64,000 nucleotides of DNA from the NCBI GenBank assembly GCA_965658655.1, contig CBFHTA010000001.1, forward strand, positions 264,722 to 328,721, written 5' to 3'. This DNA comes from Candidatus Babelota bacterium (GTDB lineage: Bacteria; Babelota; Babeliae; Babelales; CAIQNR01). The notes under the pieces are model-generated. The model saw nothing but the letters and a program-made list of their open reading frames with translations. It did no database searches and was not told where the DNA came from. Shown one piece after another: positions 48,410-58,190 of this stretch. Numbering within the stretch: position 1 is the stretch's first letter; every line of letters begins with the position of its first letter. Position numbers and translations under genes: made by a program.

Positions 48410-49750
48410 ATGATACACAATTTCCTGACCATGGTTCGTGATATGGTTTGGTCTCTCCCGTTCTTAAGCTTTATTATAGGGGTGGGTTGTATCGTGACGG
48501 TCGCGTTGAATTTTATTCAGGTGCGTAAATTCTTTACGAGTTGGAGATTAGTACTAGGTGGTCCTGATGAAGATCCAAGTACAGGAGCCGGATCAAAAGG
48601 AGATATGTCTCCTTTTCAAGCTTTCTTAAACGCTTTGAGTGTTAGTGTTGGTAATGGATCATTAGCTGGTATGGGTACTGCGATTTATATGGGTGGCCCA
48701 GGAGCAGTTTTTTGGATGTTCTTAATTGGTCTTTTATTAATGGCTATTAGATTTGCTGAAGTTTTCTTAGGTGTTTCATTTGCACATCTTGGTTTTTCAG
48801 CTGGAGAGAATAAACTTGGTGGACCATTTTCATATATCGATAAATTACCTCTTGGTAGTGCTTTAGCAATGCTTTACGCTGCTTCATGTTGGTTTTATGG
48901 TGTAGTAAGTGGTTGTGCAATGCAATGTAACGCAATTAGTGTTTCAGTTAATAGTGCTCTTGGGGTTTCTACCTATGTTGTAGGAGGAGTGCTTGCAGCA
49001 TTTGTGCTTTATGTAATGTTTGGTGGAGCACAGCGTATTGTTAAGGTTTCTGAGGGATTGGTACCAGTTAAAGTAGGCTTGTTTTTTGTTACTATAATTA
49101 TGGTGCTTGCTTATCACTGGGCAAGTTTTATTCCATCTCTTATATTAATTTTCAAAAGTGCTTTTAATCCAAGTGCCGCATCCGGTGGAATAGCAGGATT
49201 AACTCTTCAACGAATGTTTGCAGTTTCAGCAGCTCGTACTATCAGTTCAACAGAGGCTGGTTTGGGAACAGCAGCAGTCTTTTATGCAAATACTGCAAGC
49301 GACAAGCCAGTTAATGATGGAGCAACGAGTATGTTGAGTACTTTTATTGGAAGTAACATTGTAAACACTATGATTGCTTTAGCCATTGTTATGAGTGGTG
49401 TTTGGGATAAAGGTCATGATGGAGCACAAGCTATCTTTGCCGCTTATACTACAGTTTTTGGAGCAGTAGGCGGATGGCTCGTTTCATTGTTGGCTATTAC
49501 TTTTGGTATGGGTGTATTCGTAGCTTATGGATATGTAACTCGTCAGTGCTGGTTGTATATGACCAATGGTCGATTTGCAGATTTTTTCAGTGTTTTCTTT
49601 GCATCAATAGCTTTTCTTGGTTCGATTGCAAAAATACAATTGGTATGGGCGATGGTAGATCTTTCTGTTGCGTGTTGTTTAATTTTAAATCTTGCAGCCA
49701 TTCTCTACTTAATTCCTTATATGCGAGCACATGTTTTAGGAAATAAATAA
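48410..49750 (+). CDS. Alanine/glycine:cation symporter (AGCS family)
   Basis: SPFQA...L...VG.G.LAG..TAI..GGPGAVFWM, GGP, S.EAGLGTA. Confidence 0.93.
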   Translation: MIHNFLTMVRDMVWSLPFLSFIIGVGCIVTVALNFIQVRKFFTSWRLVLGGPDEDPSTGAGSKGDMSPFQAFLNALSVSVGNGSLAGMGTAIYMGGPGAVFWMFLIGLLLMAIRFAEVFLGVSFAHLGFSAGENKLGGPFSYIDKLPLGSALAMLYAASCWFYGVVSGCAMQCNAISVSVNSALGVSTYVVGGVLAAFVLYVMFGGAQRIVKVSEGLVPVKVGLFFVTIIMVLAYHWASFIPSLILIFKSAFNPSAASGGIAGLTLQRMFAVSAARTISSTEAGLGTAAVFYANTASDKPVNDGATSMLSTFIGSNIVNTMIALAIVMSGVWDKGHDGAQAIFAAYTTVFGAVGGWLVSLLAITFGMGVFVAYGYVTRQCWLYMTNGRFADFFSVFFASIAFLGSIAKIQLVWAMVDLSVACCLILNLAAILYLIPYMRAHVLGNK

Positions 49751-49753
49751 ATT

Positions 49754-51061
49754 ATGAAAATGCCATCCATTTTTCCGGTGGCTTCTCATACTGACAATGT
49801 TGGCCCCGGATCTACGTTTGTAGCTATCAGGGGCCTTAATTTTGATGGTCACAATTACATTGATCTGGCATTAGAAAAAGGTGCCACTAAGATTGTTAAA
49901 GAATGTAAAGAAACCCCAAATACACGCAAAGTGCTTGCTGAGTTAAGTGCGCAAGCTGCTGGGCACCCTGCAAAGAAATTAAAACTTTTAGGTGTTACAG
50001 GCACTAAGGGGAAAACAACCTCTGTCTATCTTATGCATTATTTACTTAAACAGGCTGGTCACAAAATAGCGCTTTTGAGTACCATAAAAAATTGTATTTT
50101 AGATCAAGATATTCCTGCAACCATGACCACCGCTCAACCAGATTATTTACATCAGTTTTTTAAATTGTGTGTGGAGGCTGGCGTTGAGTATGTAATTATG
50201 GAAACAGCTGCTCAGGCAACTACATTTCATCGTTTGGAAACACTGCAGTTTGATGGCCTTATTTTTACGAATCTCGACCGTGAGCATGCAGAATTGTATC
50301 CAACTATGGAAGAATATTTTGAAGCGAAAGCAAAGATATTTGAGTATGCAAAGCCGGGTGGAGTAGTGGTGAGTAATGTTGATGATCTGTATGGCAAAAA
50401 GCTTCTGGAGCGGTTTGCAGCAGGTGTGCCATTGACGGTCAGTGATTGGTATGAAGGTACTGTTTTAGTTGATGGTAAAAAGTATAGGTACTCTAATCTT
50501 GCAGGTGTTTTTAATGCGTATAATCTTGCAGGTGTTTTATTGTTGCTTAAGAATTTGGGTATTACAATAGATCTAAACATTGGTCCATTGCCACCAATAC
50601 CAGGTCGGTTACAAAAAATAGATTTACCTAATGGTGCAATTGCATACATTGATTACGCTCATACGCCAGGATCATTTAAAAGTTTGTTCTCTACTGTACA
50701 AGCATGGACGCAAGATTTAATTGTTATCTTTGGGGCTGGTGGAGGCAAGGATGACCAGAAGAGGCCCTTGATGGGTTCTGTAGCAGAACAATTTGCCGAT
50801 AGGGTTATTTTAACTGACGACAATCCGCGCCATGAAAATCCGAAAAAAATTGTACAAGATATTTGTAAGGGTATTTCAAACTCAGCAAAAGTTCTTGTTG
50901 AGCATGATCGTCAAAAGGCAATTGAGAAGGCCTATGAGATGTCGCAAAAAGGTTCTATTATTTTAATTCTTGGCAAAGGCCCGGATGAACATCAAATAAT
51001 TGGAACAAAAAAAATGCCCTTCAGCGAGAAGGGCATTTTAGACGATTTGAGCTTAAAATAA
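49754..51061 (+). CDS. murE: UDP-MurNAc-tripeptide ligase (meso-DAP type)
   Basis: GVTGTKGKTT, PGRL, DYAHTP, DNPR, GKG. Confidence 0.93.
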   Translation: MKMPSIFPVASHTDNVGPGSTFVAIRGLNFDGHNYIDLALEKGATKIVKECKETPNTRKVLAELSAQAAGHPAKKLKLLGVTGTKGKTTSVYLMHYLLKQAGHKIALLSTIKNCILDQDIPATMTTAQPDYLHQFFKLCVEAGVEYVIMETAAQATTFHRLETLQFDGLIFTNLDREHAELYPTMEEYFEAKAKIFEYAKPGGVVVSNVDDLYGKKLLERFAAGVPLTVSDWYEGTVLVDGKKYRYSNLAGVFNAYNLAGVLLLLKNLGITIDLNIGPLPPIPGRLQKIDLPNGAIAYIDYAHTPGSFKSLFSTVQAWTQDLIVIFGAGGGKDDQKRPLMGSVAEQFADRVILTDDNPRHENPKKIVQDICKGISNSAKVLVEHDRQKAIEKAYEMSQKGSIILILGKGPDEHQIIGTKKMPFSEKGILDDLSLK

Positions 51062-51173
51062 ATTTTTAAATTGTAAGTTTCAGGCAAACTCTTTATGTTT
51101 TTATTCAATTTGTAATATATTTACTATATGTGTTATTTAAAAAAATATTAACAGTAGGTTTGGGTTAAAAATA

Positions 51174-53372
51174 ATGAAAAAAATATTTATTTTTATATTA
51201 ATGTTGAGTTTAGGCACAGTTCAAGGTGCATGGAATAATGTTCGTCATAAACACGGCGAGATGATGAATATGCTACCTGAGAATAAACGTCTTTATGCTC
51301 CTTTAGTGGGAGTTTCTTTACTGGAAGGTTCTTTGGGCAAAAAAATATATAACGAAAAGAGTAAGCGCGGTGAATTTGCTAAAAATGTATTACGATTTTT
51401 GGATGATCGATTTATTAAGCACAGTGTAGAGAGTAATCCATTTACTACTATTGAAGTCAAAGAAATTGGGATGCTTGTTAACGCTATTATAGATAATAAT
51501 CTAGAAGAGTTCATAAATAGCGATGCTGTTATAGAATGGCATAAAAGACATTTTGAAAAGACAAAAAGATTTCATAAGATAGCTAAATTTAAAAATGATT
51601 TAAAAAAGAAACTAGCTCCTCTTGAGGATATGCATTCTCAAGACATTGCATATATTCTTGCTATGCTTTTAGTTGTTGTTAGTAATTCACCTGATGATTA
51701 TAAAGTTTATTTAGATTTGCTACGAAAACATCATGAATTTGATCAGAGTGATGATCTAGGTTCAGAACAAGATTTTTTTGAATCTGCAGTTACAAAAATT
51801 TTAGATAACAAGGTTCATGATTTTAGCAAGCTTGTCCCTTCTGAGCAGATGTACGGTGATTGTAAAGGTAAGAAACTGCCGATATGTGCAGAACAAGCTT
51901 TGTGGGGTTTTGTTAACCTTGTTTTGTATAATAAAGAAAAAAAATATTTAGACTTATCTGTATTATCAAATGACATTCAACCATTACCTGCTTTTAAAGA
52001 ATTTATAGAAAACCATTCTATAATTGAGGGTATTTCCTATTATGAAGACAATAAGCAAGAATGGATAAATCTTGTTTCGGGGGTTCCTGGTATTGATTAC
52101 AGAGATGATGGTTGTGAATTACTAACTAATACAACCAACAGTATCAAAGTGTTGAATTATCTTTTTAATATTAATGCAAAAACTTTAAATGAGTGTGGAG
52201 AGATTCTGTCTTCTACGGATAAAGAGATTATTATTAATAAGTTAGAAGAAGACTATGGAGAATTTATTATAAAAATAGATTATTTTCCTATAAGAATAAT
52301 ATGGAAATTTAGTGAGGGCCATGTGAGCTTTTTTCTACCAAAAGAAAAAAGAACGTTTGATGATGCTTTTGTAAAAAAAATTATTGAGTATGAATCTGAT
52401 AATCCATCAAAGCCATTAGCACATCTTATTGCAGATGAATTATTAATATTACTATTTTCATCAAAAAATGATTTTGATAATATGCAAGTGAAAAATAGAA
52501 AAGAATTTATTGAAAAAATTATTAATTTACCATCTTTTGATATGCATAATCTTAGATATCAAGGAAAATCATTACTTTCATATGCTATTGCTGAAAAAAA
52601 TTATATGGCATTTCTTGCATTAGTACAAAGTGGAGCAGATCTTAATGAAGCGATCGCTAACTTATCACCTTCAGATGATATACCTTTCATTGATTTTCTT
52701 ATTAAGAATGGAGCTGATATTAATAAATTACCAACATCTTTTTATGAAGGATTAAAGTCTAAAAAATCAGCACAATTTTTATTGAAAAATGGTGCTGATG
52801 TAACAACTCATGTGGAAAGTTTAATTAAAGGTAAGAAGATTTTTCAAGCTCGTTTTTTATATAGAAATATGTGGGATGAAAATAAAAAAATTGATGGAAG
52901 ATTTTTAAAAAATACATTGGATTTTTATAACTATATGTATGATGTTAATCCTATTGACTCTGATGATATATTGACGGCATTGTTAATGCAAGAATACGAT
53001 CAATTGAGAGTATTATTTAAAAAAGGAGCAGAATTAAAAAAAATAGAAAAAGAAGAAGACGTTGATTTTATTATTGAGGAATTATTAGAAAAAAACTTTG
53101 ATAGTAACGTCATTTTAGACCAAGTTGTTTGTGAAAAATTTAATTCAAAAAATAATTATACATACTATCTTGATATGCTGATTAAGGCTGGAATTAGCGT
53201 TAATGATATTTTGGATAAAGCAATTGAGAAAAATAATGATATGTCTTCTGATGTTATAAAGTATTGCGTTGAAAAAGGAGCCACTATAGATAAAGAATTG
53301 CGCTCCAAAATAGAAGGTAATAATAGAGAACTCAGGGAAGTTAAAGGTGCGGATGAGGATCAAGTCATTTAG
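51174..53372 (+). CDS. Secreted protein with unknown N-terminal domain and C-terminal ankyrin-like repeats
   Basis: Signal peptide; LV.SGADLN, LIKNGADIN, LLKNGADV repeats; very AT-rich. Confidence 0.8.
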   Translation: MKKIFIFILMLSLGTVQGAWNNVRHKHGEMMNMLPENKRLYAPLVGVSLLEGSLGKKIYNEKSKRGEFAKNVLRFLDDRFIKHSVESNPFTTIEVKEIGMLVNAIIDNNLEEFINSDAVIEWHKRHFEKTKRFHKIAKFKNDLKKKLAPLEDMHSQDIAYILAMLLVVVSNSPDDYKVYLDLLRKHHEFDQSDDLGSEQDFFESAVTKILDNKVHDFSKLVPSEQMYGDCKGKKLPICAEQALWGFVNLVLYNKEKKYLDLSVLSNDIQPLPAFKEFIENHSIIEGISYYEDNKQEWINLVSGVPGIDYRDDGCELLTNTTNSIKVLNYLFNINAKTLNECGEILSSTDKEIIINKLEEDYGEFIIKIDYFPIRIIWKFSEGHVSFFLPKEKRTFDDAFVKKIIEYESDNPSKPLAHLIADELLILLFSSKNDFDNMQVKNRKEFIEKIINLPSFDMHNLRYQGKSLLSYAIAEKNYMAFLALVQSGADLNEAIANLSPSDDIPFIDFLIKNGADINKLPTSFYEGLKSKKSAQFLLKNGADVTTHVESLIKGKKIFQARFLYRNMWDENKKIDGRFLKNTLDFYNYMYDVNPIDSDDILTALLMQEYDQLRVLFKKGAELKKIEKEEDVDFIIEELLEKNFDSNVILDQVVCEKFNSKNNYTYYLDMLIKAGISVNDILDKAIEKNNDMSSDVIKYCVEKGATIDKELRSKIEGNNRELREVKGADEDQVI

Positions 53373-53613
53373 AATGATAAAGGCACCGATATATTTCAAC
53401 TTTTTCAGTTTTATATTGTATTGCGATAAACTTTTCCATCATATAATCTCATAATTTTAGTGTTTCTTGACGAGTTGATTTAAGAACTCTTTTGAGTGAG
53501 GATTCAATGCGATCTAGGAACGTTTCATAATCAGGATCCCATACTGTCTGGCCATCTGCTGATACATTTGTAACTCAAAAACAATTATTATGTTTAGTAA
53601 AAAAAATTACCAT
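53366..53613 (-). pseudogene. Degraded remnant of a small secreted-protein gene
   Basis: AAAGGA RBS and ATG at 53613, then *VTNVSADGQTVWDPDYETFLDRIESSLKRVLKSTRQETLKL*DYMMEKF... with internal TGA stops; hydrophobic FLLNIIIVF lies in an adjacent frame. Confidence 0.4.
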
Positions 53614-53800
53614 AGATCCTTTTGAGAAACTATATATAATAGTTTTAAGCTTGGGTATTTTAAATATTTTTATAATCAAATTTAGCCTGTCTCCAAATTG
53701 CCTCTGTGAGCTTATTTTGGCTTGTTTGCTTTACAAAATAATCTATTTAGGTACCATATTTAAAGCTAGGTTTACCTCTTTATACATACGGAGTTCATAT

Positions 53801-55771
53801 ATGATCGATCTATATCAGTCGTTTTTTGCAGTCTCAGGAATTGGGGCGCTTATTGTCGGTGCATTGTTTAGCAAGATTAATCAGGAGAAAGTAAGTAGTG
53901 CAAAGGCTGAAAAAATAGCCGCTGCAATTTCTGAAGGGGCTATGACCTTTCTACAGGAAGAATATAAAATTATTATGGTTGTAGTTGCTCTTGTTGGCGG
54001 TGCAATTGGTTACTCAGTAGGGTCAATTCCAGCACTATTGTTTGCTGCTGGATCTTTCCTTTCTATGATTACAGGTTTTATTGGTATGCGTGCTGCAACT
54101 TCTGCAAACGTTCGTACCACTATGGCTGCAAAACGTAGCGGTGAACATGCTGCGTTCATGATTTCATTCTTTGGTGGTGGAGTTATGGGATTTGCTGTTG
54201 CAACATTTGGTTTACTTGGAATCACTGTTGTAATGAATCAATATGGTACACATTCAGATATAGCACTTTATCTTACTTGCTTTAGTTTGGGTGCAAGTTT
54301 AGTTGCATTCTTTGCACGTATTGGTGGTGGTATTTTCACTAAATCTGCAGACGTTGGAGCAGATTTGGTTGGTAAAGTAGAGGCAGGAATTCCTGAAGAT
54401 GATCCTCGTAATCCTGCGGTTATTGCAGATAACGTGGGTGATTGTGTTGGTGATACTGCTGGTATGGGTGCTGACATTTATGAATCATACGTTGGTGCAA
54501 TGGTATCTTCTATTATTTTAGCTTTAACATTACATCCAGAAAATCCACTTTACATAACACTTCCAATTGTTCTTGCTGCTATTGGGTTGGCAAGTTCTGC
54601 AGTTGGGTTGTTCTCTAACTTACTTATGAAAGCAAAGCCAGATGCTATGCTTCGTAATGCAACATATGTAGCTATTGTAGCATATTTAGCTGGAGCATAT
54701 TGGTATTTGGGTAAATATAACTTACCAATACATTTATTCTATGCAATGGTAATTGGTTGCGTATCAGGAATGGTTATTGGATTAATTACTGAATATTACA
54801 CAGGTGGTAACCCTGTTAAAAAATTAGCAGAAAGTTGTGAATCTGGAGCAGCAACAAACATTATTTATGGTTTGTCTCTCGGTATGGAATCTGTTGCGTT
54901 TCCAGTAATTCTTCTTGCTTTCTCTGTTCTTGCAGCATTTGTTTACGGTGGTGGTGATCTTTACGGAGTATCACTCGCTGCAGTTTCTATGTTGGCAACT
55001 GTTGGTATTACTATGACAGTTGATGCTTACGGGCCGATTGCAGATAATGCTGGTGGTATTGCAGAAATGGCTGGTTTTGGAAAACCAGTTCGTGATATTA
55101 CAGATAAACTCGATGCGCTTGGAAATACAACAGCAGCAATCGGAAAAGGTTTTGCAATTGGTTCTGCATTGATGACTGCATTAGCAATGTTTGCAGCATA
55201 TGCAAAAGAAGCTAGTATTGAATCATTAAATGTTCTTGATCCATGGGTACTTACAGGACTATTTATCGGTGGTGTAATGCCATTTGTTATTTCTGCATTA
55301 ACTATGCGTTCTGTTGGTAAGGCTGCATGGGAAATGGTACAAGAGGTTCGTCGACAGTTCAAAACAATTAAAGGTTTAATGCAAGGCAAGGCTGAACCAG
55401 ATTACAAGCGTTGTATTGCGATTAGTACTCGTTCTGCATTGCGTGAAATGGTACTTCCTGGTGTTTTAACCGTATGTTTACCTGTTCTTGTTAAATTTAC
55501 ATTGGGAACATTAGCTTTAGGTGGCATGCTTGTTGGTGCTACATTGAGTGGTGTAACACTTGCTCTTATGATGGCAAACGGTGGTGGTGCATGGGATAAC
55601 GCTAAAAAGTACATCGAAGCGGGTGCACTTGGCGGTAAAGGTTCTGATGCACACAAAGCAGCGGTTGTTGGTGACACTGTTGGTGATCCATTTAAAGATA
55701 CTTCTGGTCCCGCACTTAACATTTTGATTAAGTTGATGGCTGTTGTTTCTTTGTTGCTTGTTTCTATGTAA
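53801..55771 (+). CDS. hppA: Membrane pyrophosphatase, K+-dependent, probably Na+-translocating
   Basis: GGGIFTKSADVGADLVGKVE, DNVGD, ADIYESY, GNTTAA, GDTVGDPFKDTSGP; GGAG RBS at 53801 start. Confidence 0.96.
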   Translation: MIDLYQSFFAVSGIGALIVGALFSKINQEKVSSAKAEKIAAAISEGAMTFLQEEYKIIMVVVALVGGAIGYSVGSIPALLFAAGSFLSMITGFIGMRAATSANVRTTMAAKRSGEHAAFMISFFGGGVMGFAVATFGLLGITVVMNQYGTHSDIALYLTCFSLGASLVAFFARIGGGIFTKSADVGADLVGKVEAGIPEDDPRNPAVIADNVGDCVGDTAGMGADIYESYVGAMVSSIILALTLHPENPLYITLPIVLAAIGLASSAVGLFSNLLMKAKPDAMLRNATYVAIVAYLAGAYWYLGKYNLPIHLFYAMVIGCVSGMVIGLITEYYTGGNPVKKLAESCESGAATNIIYGLSLGMESVAFPVILLAFSVLAAFVYGGGDLYGVSLAAVSMLATVGITMTVDAYGPIADNAGGIAEMAGFGKPVRDITDKLDALGNTTAAIGKGFAIGSALMTALAMFAAYAKEASIESLNVLDPWVLTGLFIGGVMPFVISALTMRSVGKAAWEMVQEVRRQFKTIKGLMQGKAEPDYKRCIAISTRSALREMVLPGVLTVCLPVLVKFTLGTLALGGMLVGATLSGVTLALMMANGGGAWDNAKKYIEAGALGGKGSDAHKAAVVGDTVGDPFKDTSGPALNILIKLMAVVSLLLVSM

Positions 55772-55793
55772 GTAAACTTTAGCTAAAAAGATT

Positions 55794-55817
55794 AAGGCTC
55801 CTTAGGGAGCCTTTTTT
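55794..55817 (+). terminator. Intrinsic terminator after hppA
   Basis: AAGGCTCC-ttag-GGAGCCTTTTTT. Confidence 0.88.
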
Positions 55818-55874
55818 ATTGACCAATCTTCTCCCTTCTTTCTAGAATAGAAACTTCAAGATAAAAGGGGATTC

Positions 55875-56201
55875 ATGAATAAGATAACGTTTTTGATAGT
55901 ACTATTTTTGGGGGTAATGCCACACAATGTGCGCAGTGAAAACATGATTCCTGAAAAAAATGTAGACCAGGTTCAAGTAGAAGAAGTACTTAAAATGTTA
56001 GATATTATTCTTAAAGAATTGCCTATTTTTATAGAAAAGTATGAATTGAATTCAAATCTATCGTGGGAAGAATGGAAGAGGAAGTATTGGTTATTGGCAC
56101 CTGCGGGAACAATAATATTGGGAGTTAAGTTTTATTTTGTGTTGGCTAGTGTGTTTAGTTTCGCACCGCGTTCTTCGTCTATTAAAGATAATTGGGGATA
56201 A
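55875..56201 (+). CDS. Small exported/membrane hypothetical protein
   Basis: Signal peptide plus C-terminal hydrophobic segment. Confidence 0.65.
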   Translation: MNKITFLIVLFLGVMPHNVRSENMIPEKNVDQVQVEEVLKMLDIILKELPIFIEKYELNSNLSWEEWKRKYWLLAPAGTIILGVKFYFVLASVFSFAPRSSSIKDNWG

Positions 56202-56222
56202 TTTACCTAGGGAGTAAGGGCT

Positions 56223-57290
56223 ATGAAACGTACTCTTTGCCTTTTTGCTGCATTTTTAATGGTGTCTGCTTATCCTGCCTCTAGTTTATTCAAGAAAGAA
56301 CCTTTACCGCTTCGTGGAGAAAAGATTGTTACTAAAGCCAAGGATCTAACGCGTGTTGCAAAAGAGTCTGCTGATTTCTTGCGTAAGCTTCCTAAAAGTA
56401 AATATGTAAAAGCTGACGCAGGTCTTTTTGAAGAGTTTGGAGTAAACCTAGATGATGTTCGAGAAACATTAGAGTTTATTGCAGAAACTGGGGAGAAACG
56501 ACCTAAGCTTTTAGCGAGTCCGTGGTTTTTGAACCAGCACTTTGAGTTATACCGTTGGTATGGAGATAAAACAAAACAAAAAGAAGTGATTCCTCCAGGG
56601 TGGAAACCTGCTCCCGAACATATTAGAACAACACAATATCGTATTACAGAAATAGGTGGATCTTTTAAAAAAACAAAAAAGTTTTTTTATCCTATTTATG
56701 AAATTCCGCGTGATGAAACTTGCTTAACATTTGAACAAAGGAAGAAAAAGAAAGATGAGCTTATACGATTTAGATATTCTCGCTCTGAGATACTTAGTGG
56801 CGCGTTAGACAAAAATACAAAAACCAAACCATTGGCTTGGCTCACAGAAAAAGGGCGCAAAGAGCTTGCTATGCAGGGGAGTGCACTGATTAACTTTAGT
56901 AAAAATAATAAAAAACTTATACGGGTTGCTGGTAGCAATGGTAGAGAAGATAAGCAAAAATATTGGTATGCGACCGAAGTTGCAAAACGACCAACTAGCT
57001 CTAGCTATCCTGTTAAGGTGAAACCCAGAGCAGGTGTTACTTGTGCAGGAGATGTTAAGCTTCTTGGATTTGGTAAAGTTATAGTACTTGTTGGTCTTAA
57101 CCCAAAAACACAACGAGAAGAGACTCGCTTGCAGGTACTCGTTGACACTGGAGGAGCCTTTAAAGGTAATCTTTCTAAGCTAGATTTATTTACGGGTTAT
57201 TTTAAAGATAATGCTGCGTTTAAAGCCCATGCAGCTTCCTATCCTCATACCGCACGGGCTTATATTTTACTTAAGAAAAAGCGTTCTTAA
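56223..57290 (+). CDS. mltA: MltA-like lytic murein transglycosylase (3D domain)
   Basis: YPIY..P, SR.EI..GAL, L.MQGS, DTGGAFKG...LDLFTG. Confidence 0.8.
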   Translation: MKRTLCLFAAFLMVSAYPASSLFKKEPLPLRGEKIVTKAKDLTRVAKESADFLRKLPKSKYVKADAGLFEEFGVNLDDVRETLEFIAETGEKRPKLLASPWFLNQHFELYRWYGDKTKQKEVIPPGWKPAPEHIRTTQYRITEIGGSFKKTKKFFYPIYEIPRDETCLTFEQRKKKKDELIRFRYSRSEILSGALDKNTKTKPLAWLTEKGRKELAMQGSALINFSKNNKKLIRVAGSNGREDKQKYWYATEVAKRPTSSSYPVKVKPRAGVTCAGDVKLLGFGKVIVLVGLNPKTQREETRLQVLVDTGGAFKGNLSKLDLFTGYFKDNAAFKAHAASYPHTARAYILLKKKRS

Positions 57291-57747
57291 TCTTTTCAGC
57301 TAGCTTTTCTTTGCTCATTCCGCCGACGAACTGCTCATTAACTTTATCACCTTGGCGTAATACAAAAGTTGGGAGTGCTTCTACTCCGTCTTTTGCAACT
57401 TTATGTTCATCTACGTAGGTCATAATGTCTTGATTATCAACGTTAACTTCATAAAAGTGAGCATTTGAAACTTCATTTGAAACTGCAGCGAAAGGTCCTT
57501 TTACATAGTTGCAAGCTCCGCACCAATCGGCATGAAATTTAATAACCACAGGATTGTCGCCTTCAAGCGCTTTTTTAAGTTCGCTTGCATCATTTATTTC
57601 GGTTACTGTTCCTTGTATAGCTTGATCTTTGGCAGCATGATTTTGTTTGAATGCTTTCTGTAGTGGTAAAAATTTGATTGCAGTTATAACAATCAGCGTT
57701 CCTAGTATCCCTAGAAATAAAACTGTAAATAATTTTTTATTTATCAT
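57271..57747 (-). CDS. Membrane-anchored thioredoxin family protein
   Basis: N-terminal TM helix, FHADWCGAC, VEALPTF. Confidence 0.9.
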   Translation of the reverse strand: MINKKLFTVLFLGILGTLIVITAIKFLPLQKAFKQNHAAKDQAIQGTVTEINDASELKKALEGDNPVVIKFHADWCGACNYVKGPFAAVSNEVSNAHFYEVNVDNQDIMTYVDEHKVAKDGVEALPTFVLRQGDKVNEQFVGGMSKEKLAEKIKNAFS

Positions 57748-58190
57748 AATGTTCTCCCCTAATTTTTATATATCTATGCTGTTAAGTATAACAAAATGAC
57801 AAGATTGAATGTCAACAATAACTGAATTTATTTTCTTTTTTACTTAAACTTTAATTTCATAATATTGAAACTTTAATTCTGAAAAAATGCATAAAAAGAG
57901 AGTGATAGGCTTAGTTTAGCTACATTTCTATATGCAATCTTAAGGAAAGAAAAAAAAGTTCAAATTTTAGAATATGGCTTAAAAAAAAAAGATGGAAATT
58001 TATTTGATTCAAAGGGTTAAAATCGGTACAGTTATCTTTCACTGCTACTATGAAATGTTTTCTCTCTGTAACATTATTATTATTTATGGAATTCGGCAGA
58101 AGAACAGAGCGAAAAATCTTTGTAGAGGGTTCTCTCGACGTTTTTAGGGGTAGGGTTATTTGTACCAATGGAATTTAGTATCCGCTTTTA

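Noticed and set aside
57748..58190. AT-rich intergenic region as oriC, NrdR-box region or the 82-aa ORF 57920-58168
   Set aside because: No DnaA-box cluster or convincing NrdR box seen; the ORF lacks RBS and features.
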